A DNA stretch of 36,897 nucleotides from Archaeoglobus sp. (GTDB taxonomy: Archaea > Halobacteriota > Archaeoglobi > Archaeoglobales > Archaeoglobaceae): NCBI GenBank assembly GCA_003978865.1, contig QNXS01000078.1:1-36897 (forward strand), in the 5' to 3' direction. The position numbers and the translations under genes are program-made. Below the pieces are notes generated by a model that saw only the letters and a program-made list of their open reading frames with translations, was not told the DNA's origin and made no database searches. Below, in pieces: positions 19,209 through 27,579 of this stretch (position 1 is its first letter; the number at the start of each line of letters is the position of its first letter).

Positions 19209-19423
19209 GGATGTGCCGAATGTTCCGGGAGTTTACGAGATTCTGATGCCAAACTCGACTATTTACGCGGGAAAGTCACTGGGAGATGGACTCCTTGATC
19301 ACTTCGGAAAGTTCAGAGGTATTTTAGTGTTCGTACTTTAGAGTTCGATTTATGCCACCCAAAGCGGAGAAGGTTGAAAACAAGATAATAAGGAAGAAAA
19401 CCAACAACGAGAGGATGTGGTGA
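19177..19423 (+). pseudogene. small GIY-YIG-type nuclease domain gene, apparently frameshifted
   Basis: Frame 1 reads VPGVYEILMPNSTIYAGKS...LLDHFGKF and then stops at 19341. A second frame continues SYFRVRFMPPKAEKVENKIIRKKTNNERMW*. Together these resemble GIY...YIG...H...E...N. It overlaps both neighbours. Confidence 0.35.
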
Positions 19424-20955
19424 CTGTGAAAATAACAGTTTACGACGGAGCAACAACCATAGGTGGTAACAAAATCTATGTTGAGGAGAACGGTAAGGGA
19501 GTTTTTCTCGATTTCGGCATGAACTTTGCAAAATACAGCAAGTACTTCACCGAATTTCTGAGCGAAAGGAGTGTAAGGGGGATACACGACCTCATTCACC
19601 TCAATCTCATACCGAAGCTCAATATCTACCGATCAGACTTGATACCCTCAGACCTTGACATGTCTTTCTATCCTAAACTCAACGTGGAGGCTGTTCTGTT
19701 AAGCCATGCGCACGTTGACCACTGCGGGAACATAGCTCTGCTTAATAAAAGCATACCCGTCGTGGTATCTCCAATGAGCATGGCGATTCTTAAAGCTATG
19801 AGGGATGTTTCTGCATCGGGAATGGAGATTGCCTACTTCTCTCCAAGAACTTCTGGAAATGATGAAAGAATACTGATTTCTGAGAGGACGAAGCCGTATA
19901 AGGGTAGGGACTTTATATGTACAAACAAAATATCGGACAAGCTTGCTGAATTCATGTGCTATAAACCGGGGCAGGAGAGTAAGAATGCAAAGAAGCTCGT
20001 TCCCGGAAAGATCTGCCATGTAAGTAATCACAGCCTTTCCTTTGACATCGATGCCTACGAAGTGGATCATTCCATCTACGGTGCTACAGCTTACATCCTG
20101 CGGAATGATTTGGCCATAGCATATACAGGCGATATAAGGATGCATGGAAAGCATGCAGAGAGATCGAAGGGGTTCGTGAAGAAAGCAAAGGATGCGTCTG
20201 TTCTGATTGTAGAGGGGACAAGGACAAGCAGAAAGGAAGATGTTGACGAGTCCGAAGAGATTGCCTTTGAAAACTGCTTGAAGGCTGTTGAAGAATCTAA
20301 GGGGCTTGTTATAGCCGATTTCTCGCCGAGAAACTTTGAAAGGCTTGAGACCTTCATCGAGATTGCGAAGAAGACTTCGAGAGAGCTTGTTGTAACAGCA
20401 AAAGATGCGTACATGCTCCACGCCGTGGAGTGTGTTGATGGGATTTGTAGGATGGAGAACGTGGGAATATATCATGAGCTTAGAGATAAGAGGAACAAGT
20501 GGGAAGAACTTGTTGTCAGGAAGAGGTGGGAAGAGAAATATGTTGACCCTTCTGACATTTCGAGAAATCCCGAGAACTACATACTCTGTTTCTCCTTCTA
20601 CGACATGAAGCATTTGCTGGACATCAAGCCAAATGGTGGGTCCTATATCTATTCATCAAGCGAGGCGTTCAGCGAGGAACAGGAGTTCGATTTTCAAAGA
20701 CTGTACAACTGGCTGCAGGAATTTGGGTTGAGAATTTACGGATTTGAGATGGTGCTGGAGGGAGGAAAGTTTGTTCCGAGTTTCATCAGAGGTTATCATG
20801 CATCAGGACATGCGTCGAAGAGCGATTTGAGGTGGATTATTGAGCAAGTTGATCCCGATGTCATCATTCCGGTGCACACTGAGAATCCGGAGTGGTTTGT
20901 GGAGAACTTTGAGAATGTTGTGGTTTTGGGGGATGGAGAGAATTTGGAGGTTTGA
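19417..20955 (+). CDS. RNase J-like metallo-beta-lactamase / beta-CASP nuclease
   Basis: N-terminal ITVYDGATTIGGNKIYVEENGKGVFLDFGMNF, HxHxDH (SHAHVDHCG), VDHSIYGA, AYTGDIRMHG, and C-terminal GYHASGHASKSDL...IIPVHTE. Confidence 0.75.
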   Translation: MVTVKITVYDGATTIGGNKIYVEENGKGVFLDFGMNFAKYSKYFTEFLSERSVRGIHDLIHLNLIPKLNIYRSDLIPSDLDMSFYPKLNVEAVLLSHAHVDHCGNIALLNKSIPVVVSPMSMAILKAMRDVSASGMEIAYFSPRTSGNDERILISERTKPYKGRDFICTNKISDKLAEFMCYKPGQESKNAKKLVPGKICHVSNHSLSFDIDAYEVDHSIYGATAYILRNDLAIAYTGDIRMHGKHAERSKGFVKKAKDASVLIVEGTRTSRKEDVDESEEIAFENCLKAVEESKGLVIADFSPRNFERLETFIEIAKKTSRELVVTAKDAYMLHAVECVDGICRMENVGIYHELRDKRNKWEELVVRKRWEEKYVDPSDISRNPENYILCFSFYDMKHLLDIKPNGGSYIYSSSEAFSEEQEFDFQRLYNWLQEFGLRIYGFEMVLEGGKFVPSFIRGYHASGHASKSDLRWIIEQVDPDVIIPVHTENPEWFVENFENVVVLGDGENLEV

Positions 20956-20957
20956 CT

Positions 20958-21482
20958 ATGCATTTGTGTGAAGGGAGGTCATTTGTAATAGTGGTATCTA
21001 GGATTTTGAGATATGATGGATGTAAATCTGAAAATAAGGGAGATATTACATTATTCGAAGGGATACTCAACAATTTTAAAAAGAATCACGAACTAAAATT
21101 TGAAGACCGTACTGGAGCACTTTTTGAAGTTCAATATTCTATGGTTAGTTCAGATTCCAAGGGATTTCTTTTAATATGTCTAAACCAATACGGAATTCCA
21201 TTCATTTTTGTTGCTCAGGATCTCATGTATCCCTTTTACAGAGTTGAAATTATAGAGGAAGACGTCAGGAAAACAAAGAACCACGTAATAAAACTATTGA
21301 GGGACTCCATACTAAAAGAATTCAAAGATACATGCGAAATTAACAATCTTCAACCTGAGGTTCTTGGATGCTCCTCTTTCACTGGATTTACTTGGATCAA
21401 TTCCAGAAAGGTAGGTCAAACGAGTATACAAATTCATGTTGCAATACTGTATCGGAAAAGCTTTAAGAACAAAGGTGTTTGA
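20958..21482 (+). CDS. hypothetical protein with no motif I recognise (orphan)
   Basis: GGAGGT lies 7 nt before ATG 20958. The start region abuts the beta-CASP stop (TGA 20953-20955). The mcrB-like gene follows 31 nt downstream. Confidence 0.55.
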   Translation: MHLCEGRSFVIVVSRILRYDGCKSENKGDITLFEGILNNFKKNHELKFEDRTGALFEVQYSMVSSDSKGFLLICLNQYGIPFIFVAQDLMYPFYRVEIIEEDVRKTKNHVIKLLRDSILKEFKDTCEINNLQPEVLGCSSFTGFTWINSRKVGQTSIQIHVAILYRKSFKNKGV

Positions 21483-21513
21483 ACATGGTAAAAATGTTTT
21501 GTGAGGAGTAGGT

Positions 21514-23754
21514 ATGGGTGATTTAAAATTAAGTGATGTTTTTAGGAAATTGAAGGAAAAACACGAGGAAGAATGGAAATCAGTAGAAGAAGAATTCATA
21601 GAAAAAGTTGATGAAATAAGAAACTTCGTAATTGAGAAGGTTAAGAGAGGGGCTTTGTTTACTGAAGAGGATGCGGAAAAAATATTAAATTTGTCCAAGA
21701 ATGTGCCTGAAGGATCTAAGTTTCTTCTTAGGTTCATTGGTAGCGTAGGTGGTGACAAGAAGCAAGTAATCGTGAATCTTCTATCTAATGAGTATTTTTC
21801 AAAACTTATTGAAGCATTAGAAAACGAAAAACATGAGGATATTAAAGCTATGGTAGAAAAAATAATCCAATCGACATATAATGTCAAATATACTACCTTA
21901 ACAACCTGGTTGGCCATCTTTAAACCGGATTTATTTATGCCAGTTTGGGGATTTGAAAAAGAGATGGGAACTCTACCTCAAAGTCTTCTGAAAAGGTTTG
22001 ATGAATTAAATAAGTTCAGAAAATGGTGGGATCTTAGAGTTAACAAATTTTTTGATCTGTTACAGATTTTGAGAACGACAGCAAATAGTGTTGGAGTAGA
22101 GAATATGTTTGAAATGGCATTCTATCTCAACAAGTATCTAGAAGATAAATTAAATGATAGTAACACAACAAAGAGATTCTGGCTAATAGCACCAGGAGTG
22201 GGAGCAGAGTACTGGAATACTTGCGTTAATAGAGGTATAATTTGTGTAGGTTGGAGAAAGGCTGTAGAAAAGCTTGGCAAAGAAATATTTGAGATTGAGG
22301 ACGAGGAGTCATTCAAGAAAAGGGTGAGGAATGAATTTAATTATGGCGACTCTCACGAGCTGTGGAAATTTTTAAAGGAGATATCTGAAGGAGACATTGT
22401 CTTTTCAAAAAGGGGAATGAAAGAAATAATAGGAATTGGTATCGTCGAATCTGAACCATCAATAGACCTTGAAATGAAGTATCCAATTTATAGAAAAGTT
22501 AAGTGGTACAAAATTGATCTTAGCCTAGAATCGCCAAAACAGTTTAGTGGGGCAGTTGCTGAACTCAGGAGAGAAGAGATAGAGGAAAATTCTGAATTAA
22601 AGAAATTAATAGATTCAGTGATTTGTGAAATTCAAAAGGATTTGGAAATAAGTCTGATACTCGAATCCAAAAAGCAAATCATCCTCTACGGTCCTCCTGG
22701 CACAGGAAAAACAAGGTTGGCAAGAAATTATATTGAAATAAGAACTAACCGAAATAGAAAATTTTACGAGTTTGTCACTTTTCATCCATCCTACTCTTAT
22801 GAAGAATTCATCGAAGGACTCAGACCAATTCCAGCTGAGAACGGTGTAAAGTACGTGGTCGAAGATGGGATTTTCAAGAGAATGGCAATAAGAGCGATGT
22901 GTGAAGCTATCAGGTGGCAGAACCTAGATTTGAATCTTGCGAAGTCTGCAGAAAAACTGCTCAAATTGCTTAACGAAATAGAGAGCGGAAAAATTGAAAG
23001 GTACGACGAGTACTACGACAAGTACAACGAAGCGAAAAGAGAGTTGTGGCAGTATCTCGAAATGTGCGACAAAGAGAAAGTTAAAAAATTCTTCAAGAAC
23101 GCTCAACCGTTCTACATCCTGATCGACGAGATAAACAGAGGCGACATCTCAAAAATCTTTGGCGAACTTATAACACTACTTGAAGCAGATAAAAGACTCT
23201 TCGCTGAAAACGAGCTGACGGTGATCCTCCCATATTCAAAAACGAAGTTTGGCATCCCACCCAACCTCTACATAATCGGCACTATGAATACAGCGGACAG
23301 GAGCATAGCATTGATTGACATAGCTTTGAGAAGGAGGTTTGGATTCATCGAACTCATGCCAGACTACGACGTTCTCAGAAGAAAGCTGATTAAAGAAGGA
23401 GATGAAGCAAAAGACATTAAAGAACTTGCAATTAAAGTTCTTCACGCCTTAAACGAGAAGATCAGAAAGCTCTACGACAGAGATCACCAGATCGGGCACA
23501 GCTACTTCATCAAACTGGAGGATTGTAAATCAAAAGATGATGCGATTGAAATGCTAAAGCAGATCTGGTTCTACGAGGTTATTCCTCTACTCCAAGAATA
23601 CTTCTACGACAGCCCGGAAAAGCTCAGCGAAATCCTCAAAGACTTTGTCAGTGTATCTGATGACTCGTACGATTTCAAGAAGATTGATGATTTCACGGAT
23701 GAAGAGTTCGAGGATATATTGAGAAAAATAGCCGGTGAGAGCAGTGGTCAGTAA
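21514..23754 (+). CDS. mcrB: McrB-like AAA+ GTPase with a ~390-aa N-terminal extension
   Basis: Walker A LYGPPGTGKT, McrB signature FHPSYSYEEFIEG, Walker B FYILIDEINRGD, GTMNTADRS, LRRRF. GAGGAG SD upstream. The N-terminus is a helical module followed by an EVE/PUA-like segment (RFWLIAPG...GDIVFS...IIGIGIV). Confidence 0.85.
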   Translation: MGDLKLSDVFRKLKEKHEEEWKSVEEEFIEKVDEIRNFVIEKVKRGALFTEEDAEKILNLSKNVPEGSKFLLRFIGSVGGDKKQVIVNLLSNEYFSKLIEALENEKHEDIKAMVEKIIQSTYNVKYTTLTTWLAIFKPDLFMPVWGFEKEMGTLPQSLLKRFDELNKFRKWWDLRVNKFFDLLQILRTTANSVGVENMFEMAFYLNKYLEDKLNDSNTTKRFWLIAPGVGAEYWNTCVNRGIICVGWRKAVEKLGKEIFEIEDEESFKKRVRNEFNYGDSHELWKFLKEISEGDIVFSKRGMKEIIGIGIVESEPSIDLEMKYPIYRKVKWYKIDLSLESPKQFSGAVAELRREEIEENSELKKLIDSVICEIQKDLEISLILESKKQIILYGPPGTGKTRLARNYIEIRTNRNRKFYEFVTFHPSYSYEEFIEGLRPIPAENGVKYVVEDGIFKRMAIRAMCEAIRWQNLDLNLAKSAEKLLKLLNEIESGKIERYDEYYDKYNEAKRELWQYLEMCDKEKVKKFFKNAQPFYILIDEINRGDISKIFGELITLLEADKRLFAENELTVILPYSKTKFGIPPNLYIIGTMNTADRSIALIDIALRRRFGFIELMPDYDVLRRKLIKEGDEAKDIKELAIKVLHALNEKIRKLYDRDHQIGHSYFIKLEDCKSKDDAIEMLKQIWFYEVIPLLQEYFYDSPEKLSEILKDFVSVSDDSYDFKKIDDFTDEEFEDILRKIAGESSGQ

Positions 23755-25075
23755 TATTGCAACACTTTTCGAATACGAGTCAGTGGATTACGAAATTAGG
23801 GATAAGGATGATGCTATATATGAAGATGGCAAAACAATTCTCTCTCTAACTGAAAAGACGATGGAAGAACTCGAAAAGCTCAACGAAACCAGAAAGTTCA
23901 TCGAAATCACTCGCAGAAAATTAAAACCGCTGAACTACGTTGGAGTTGTCAAGACTGGCGGGATAACACTGGAAATTTTTCCCAAATTCGTAACCGACAG
24001 AAGAGGCAATGCAGATCTGTCAAAAAAGGATATAATAGCCAGAAATCTCCTGAAAATGCTTCAGTACACCCACACGGTAAACATCAGGGAAATCGACTAT
24101 GCCAGTATCTTTAAGGAGAGGCACAGCTTTTTCGAGGTGTTCATCAGCATTTTCGCCAAGAACCTTCTTTCACTCCTGAAGTGCAGGCAGAACAGAGAAT
24201 ACATGAGAAAATACGACGAGCTCAGATTTATAAAAGGCAAAATAGACTTCAGGAGATATACAAATCCGGCGAGACTCCACATAATACCATGCACCTACCA
24301 CGAAAGAGCGGCTGACAACATTATCAACAGAACTTTGAAGTACACAGCTTACCTTATGTCCAGAATTGTAGAAGACAGAGAGAACTACAGAACTCTCCGC
24401 AGAATACTTGATTTACTCGATCCCGTAACTCTTATGCCCGTCACACTTCAGCAGGTTAAATCAATAACCTTCAACAGACTCAATGCCGATTTTAAACCCT
24501 TTATAGACATCTGCAGGATATTTCTCGAAGGTTCAACGCTAACGCTGCAGGCTTCCACCGTTGAAACTTTTTCACTGCTAATTCCGATGGAAAGCTTGTT
24601 TGAACAGTTTGTTGCCGGTGTTATCCAGCGTGAAGAACTGCATAGAAAAGTTTTTGATAGTGGTGCGGAGTTAAAAGTACAGGAATCAATAGGCTACCTC
24701 ATAGAAAAGGATGGGAAAAAATTGGCTGAAATGAGGCCGGATATCATCATCAAGGTTGGTGACGAGAAGGTCATCATCGATACTAAGTACAAGCTTCTGG
24801 ATCCGGAAGACAAGAAGTTCGGCGTTTCACAGCAAGATCTCTATCAGATGTACGCTTATTGTAGAGAAATCAACGCCAGAAAGGCTCTGTTGATATATCC
24901 AGAAGGGCTAAACAAAATTAATGAGATTGGCATAAAAACTCCATTCAAAATGGGTAAGAATAGAGATATAGAACTTTTTGTAAGAACTATTTCCTTGGAG
25001 TACGACTTAACTAACGAGGGCTTTGCAAAATTTGTTAACGGCTTAAGAACAATACTTTATGAGCTGAAGGGTTAG
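23735..25075 (+). CDS. mcrC: McrC-like PD-(D/E)xK nuclease subunit
   Basis: Overlaps the mcrB-like stop by 20 nt. C-terminal MRPDIIIKVGDEKVIIDTKYK (D...D-x-K) and QQDLYQMYAY are typical of McrC. Confidence 0.8.
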   Translation: MRAVVSNIATLFEYESVDYEIRDKDDAIYEDGKTILSLTEKTMEELEKLNETRKFIEITRRKLKPLNYVGVVKTGGITLEIFPKFVTDRRGNADLSKKDIIARNLLKMLQYTHTVNIREIDYASIFKERHSFFEVFISIFAKNLLSLLKCRQNREYMRKYDELRFIKGKIDFRRYTNPARLHIIPCTYHERAADNIINRTLKYTAYLMSRIVEDRENYRTLRRILDLLDPVTLMPVTLQQVKSITFNRLNADFKPFIDICRIFLEGSTLTLQASTVETFSLLIPMESLFEQFVAGVIQREELHRKVFDSGAELKVQESIGYLIEKDGKKLAEMRPDIIIKVGDEKVIIDTKYKLLDPEDKKFGVSQQDLYQMYAYCREINARKALLIYPEGLNKINEIGIKTPFKMGKNRDIELFVRTISLEYDLTNEGFAKFVNGLRTILYELKG

Positions 25076-25161
25076 GTCTCCAGATGCAGGTGAAGCAAGA
25101 TTTATGGAGTCTGGTTAGCATAAGAGCAAATGTATTAACTTCGAGTTCAAACAGTAAATCG

Positions 25162-25420
25162 ATGACTGACGTAACCATCTCAATCCCGCAAGATTTCGCG
25201 AGAGTTCTCGGAGTGAGGGTGAAAGAACTTCCCAGACTCGTCAAACTTTACCTTGCCTGAACTCTACCGGGAGGGGAAGATTAGCATGGGCAAAGCTGCT
25301 GAAATAGCGGAGATCAGTAAATGGGAAATGATGGAAGTTCTGGCATCGAAGGGCATCTCTCTGCAGTACGATGAAGACAATCTGAGAGAGGGTGTTGAAA
25401 CGCTGGAGAAAGTGTTATGA
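25162..25420 (+). pseudogene. UPF0175-family antitoxin, frameshifted
   Basis: MTDVTISIPQDFARVLGVRVKELPRLVKLYLA* runs in one frame. Another frame reads LPELYREGKISMGKAAEIAEISKWEMMEVLASKGISLQYDEDNLREGVETLEKVL*. The junction is near 25250-25260. Confidence 0.6.
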
Positions 25421-25900
25421 TTGTCGCTTCAAACTCAAACCCCTTGATCATACTGGCAAAAATAGGGAAGCTGGACATTATAAGGGAGCTTTTTGGTCAA
25501 ATAATAATTCCAAGGATGTCTGGGTAGAAGTTATTGAAAAAGGTAGGGGAAGCCTGGAGCGGAGGAAGTTGAAAAAGCCAGTTGGATTAAAGTAGATGAT
25601 GTTAAAGACAAACTGAGTGTCGAAATCTTAAAAGGCGAAGTTGAGGTTGGCGAAGCAGAAGCAATTGTTTCTTGCAAGAGAATTAAATGCTGATCTCCTC
25701 ATTATGGATGAAAGAATTCCGAGAATTATAGCCAAATCTCTTGGCCTGAAAGTTGTGGAAGACTGGCGATTCTGAACATTGCAGAGAAGAAAGGGTTGAT
25801 TGAAGAAGAATTCGATGAGCTCGTAAAAGAACTCAGACTGAAGAGCATCAGATTCAGCAATGATATACTTGAGAAACTCAGGCAGATGTATGGTGAGTAG
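25417..25900 (+). pseudogene. DUF3368 (PIN-like) toxin, multiple frameshifts
   Basis: ATGA overlap with the antitoxin. Pieces lie in different frames: MIVASNSNPLIILAKIGKLDIIRELFGQIIIP / KDVWVEVIEKG / WIKVDDV...VGEAEAIV / NADLLIMDERIPRIIAKSLGLKVV / ...LRQMYGE*. Confidence 0.6.
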
Positions 25901-26050
25901 ATACCGGAAATTGTATATTTTTCAATCCTAAGCTCGATTGAATCTCAAAATTAGTGAAGATAAAAATGGATGGATGGACAGGCAGTTCTGGTTTAAGAAA
26001 GCGTATAATAAAAGCCTTCGGAGACTTGAACGTTTGACGCGTTAATAAAA

Positions 26051-26089
26051 ATTGAACAAAAAATTTAAGTATTTATGATCCAATCAACT
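26051..26089 (+). promoter_or_regulatory. promoter block of the CARF gene; twin of 18424-18462
   Basis: ATTGAACAAAAAATTTAAGTATT-N8-AATCAACT. The TATA centre lies about 26 nt before GTG 26093, so the track start ATG 26075 would sit inside the TATA region. Confidence 0.5.
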
Positions 26090-26092
26090 ACA

Positions 26093-26569
26093 GTGAAAGC
26101 ATACATCACAATCCTCGGCCGCTCTGTATGGGCTCTCATCAACGCGTACTATGCAGTTTTAGCTGAGAAAGCGTACTATCCTGACATAGTTTACATCTTT
26201 GCAGAAGACATCTACGCAGACCAGCTTGGCAGAGCAATAAAAGGCATAGAAATCCTATCAGAGGAATTCGGTTTCAAGCCTGAAATCAGGCAGGAAATTG
26301 TCAGAGAAGCTGATTTCGTTGAAGCTGTGTTAAAAATTACATCCTTAATCAAAGACCTCAAGCAAAATTATAAGATAGCTATAGACATAACGCCCGGCAG
26401 AAAAGCACTTGTTGCTGGGGCTCTAATCCCCATCACAAAAATAGGTGTTGACCACGTTTTCTACTTGGCAATCAAAACGCTCAACAACGTATCAAAGCCA
26501 TACAAAATGATTCCACTTTCAATTCAGGAGCTCAGAGACTTCGTTGAGGATGCCAGAGTTATGAGGTGA
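26093..26569 (+). CDS. stand-alone CARF-type sensor domain protein
   Basis: KAYITILGRSVWALINAYYAV (beta1-helix) and DITPGRKALVAG (the CARF D-x-T/S-x-G-x-K/R loop). It has no effector domain. The track start at 26075 is an alternative. Confidence 0.55.
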   Translation: MKAYITILGRSVWALINAYYAVLAEKAYYPDIVYIFAEDIYADQLGRAIKGIEILSEEFGFKPEIRQEIVREADFVEAVLKITSLIKDLKQNYKIAIDITPGRKALVAGALIPITKIGVDHVFYLAIKTLNNVSKPYKMIPLSIQELRDFVEDARVMR

Positions 26570-27579
26570 TGCCAGTGAGTGAAGTAGTCGTTTCAAGAGA
26601 TGAACTGCAAATACTTCTCAACATGGAGAACGAGATCAGCATAATGTATCCATTCTACAAGCACTTCCAGCTGCTGACGGCAAAGCCGGAAGAAGATGGA
26701 TACAGGTTGAAGGTTTTTGTTGGTGAATATGATTTTGACAGAGAGGTGGAGCGATTTGACCACTTTGCTTTAGAGATGCCCGGTTATGCGGACTTCCTTG
26801 AGTGTCTGGTAGCAGGAATTCTGAAGTATAAAAACGAGAAGGACTTCATAGAGAAACTCAAGCACTACAGAAGTATGACAAAGAGGGTCTACTTCTGCCC
26901 CGACACTAACGTAATCTACCATCGATTCATCTCGAACTCTTCCCTTTTTAAGCAGAACGAGGTTTTGCTCGTCGATACTGTTAAGAAGGAGATCGAGGCT
27001 GCCCTTAACTACAAGTACAATCCTCATCAAATCTCCGAGCTCAAGAACCTTGTAAAATATCAGAAGTTTCTGCTCGACGAGTGGGTGAACAAGCGCATGA
27101 AAAAATCGAGAAAAGCAGCGTACATCGCTTTGAGAGAGTACAGAAAGGTGAGAGATCTGGCTGTGGAGATTGAAAGCATAGAGAAATCAACAAGAGACAG
27201 CGAGTATAACGACAGGATAATCATTAAATCCGTCAGAAGGTTCGAAAAAGAAAGAAATGCACTGCCAGTTTTGCTGACTGCAGACGTATCGATGGTAGAC
27301 ATCTGCGAGCTTGAAGGTGTTGAATACTTTCTATTTGAGTATCCCCATGTTATAAGTGCAGATTACTGCAATGCTGAACAGATGCTCGAGCTCGTTTACT
27401 GTCTTGCTGTTGTTTTCGGCGTCATCAGACTCAATTCGACTGTAGTTTTTGGAGAGTTCAGGGGGAAAAGCAGGCACGAGGAGCTGAAGTTGAGATTTCT
27501 TGATGAGAATATGGTTGAGGAGTTTGAAAGGGATCTGAGAACATGCAGGAAACTGATGGCTCTGGGGATAGAAAAGTAG
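26566..27579 (+). CDS. PIN-domain nuclease with a ~105-aa N-terminal domain of unknown type
   Basis: Acidic PIN positions occur in order: YFCPDTNVI, KKEIEAAL, NDRIII, LLTADVSM. GAGGTGA lies in the CARF stop region, and GTG 26575 is the likely start. Confidence 0.6.
   Translation: MMPVSEVVVSRDELQILLNMENEISIMYPFYKHFQLLTAKPEEDGYRLKVFVGEYDFDREVERFDHFALEMPGYADFLECLVAGILKYKNEKDFIEKLKHYRSMTKRVYFCPDTNVIYHRFISNSSLFKQNEVLLVDTVKKEIEAALNYKYNPHQISELKNLVKYQKFLLDEWVNKRMKKSRKAAYIALREYRKVRDLAVEIESIEKSTRDSEYNDRIIIKSVRRFEKERNALPVLLTADVSMVDICELEGVEYFLFEYPHVISADYCNAEQMLELVYCLAVVFGVIRLNSTVVFGEFRGKSRHEELKLRFLDENMVEEFERDLRTCRKLMALGIEK

Noticed and set aside
19699-20613. 304-aa minus-strand ORF (also 20091-20414 and 21312-21917)
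   Set aside because: All lie antisense to genes with full catalytic motif sets (beta-CASP, orphan/mcrB-like) and have no motifs of their own.
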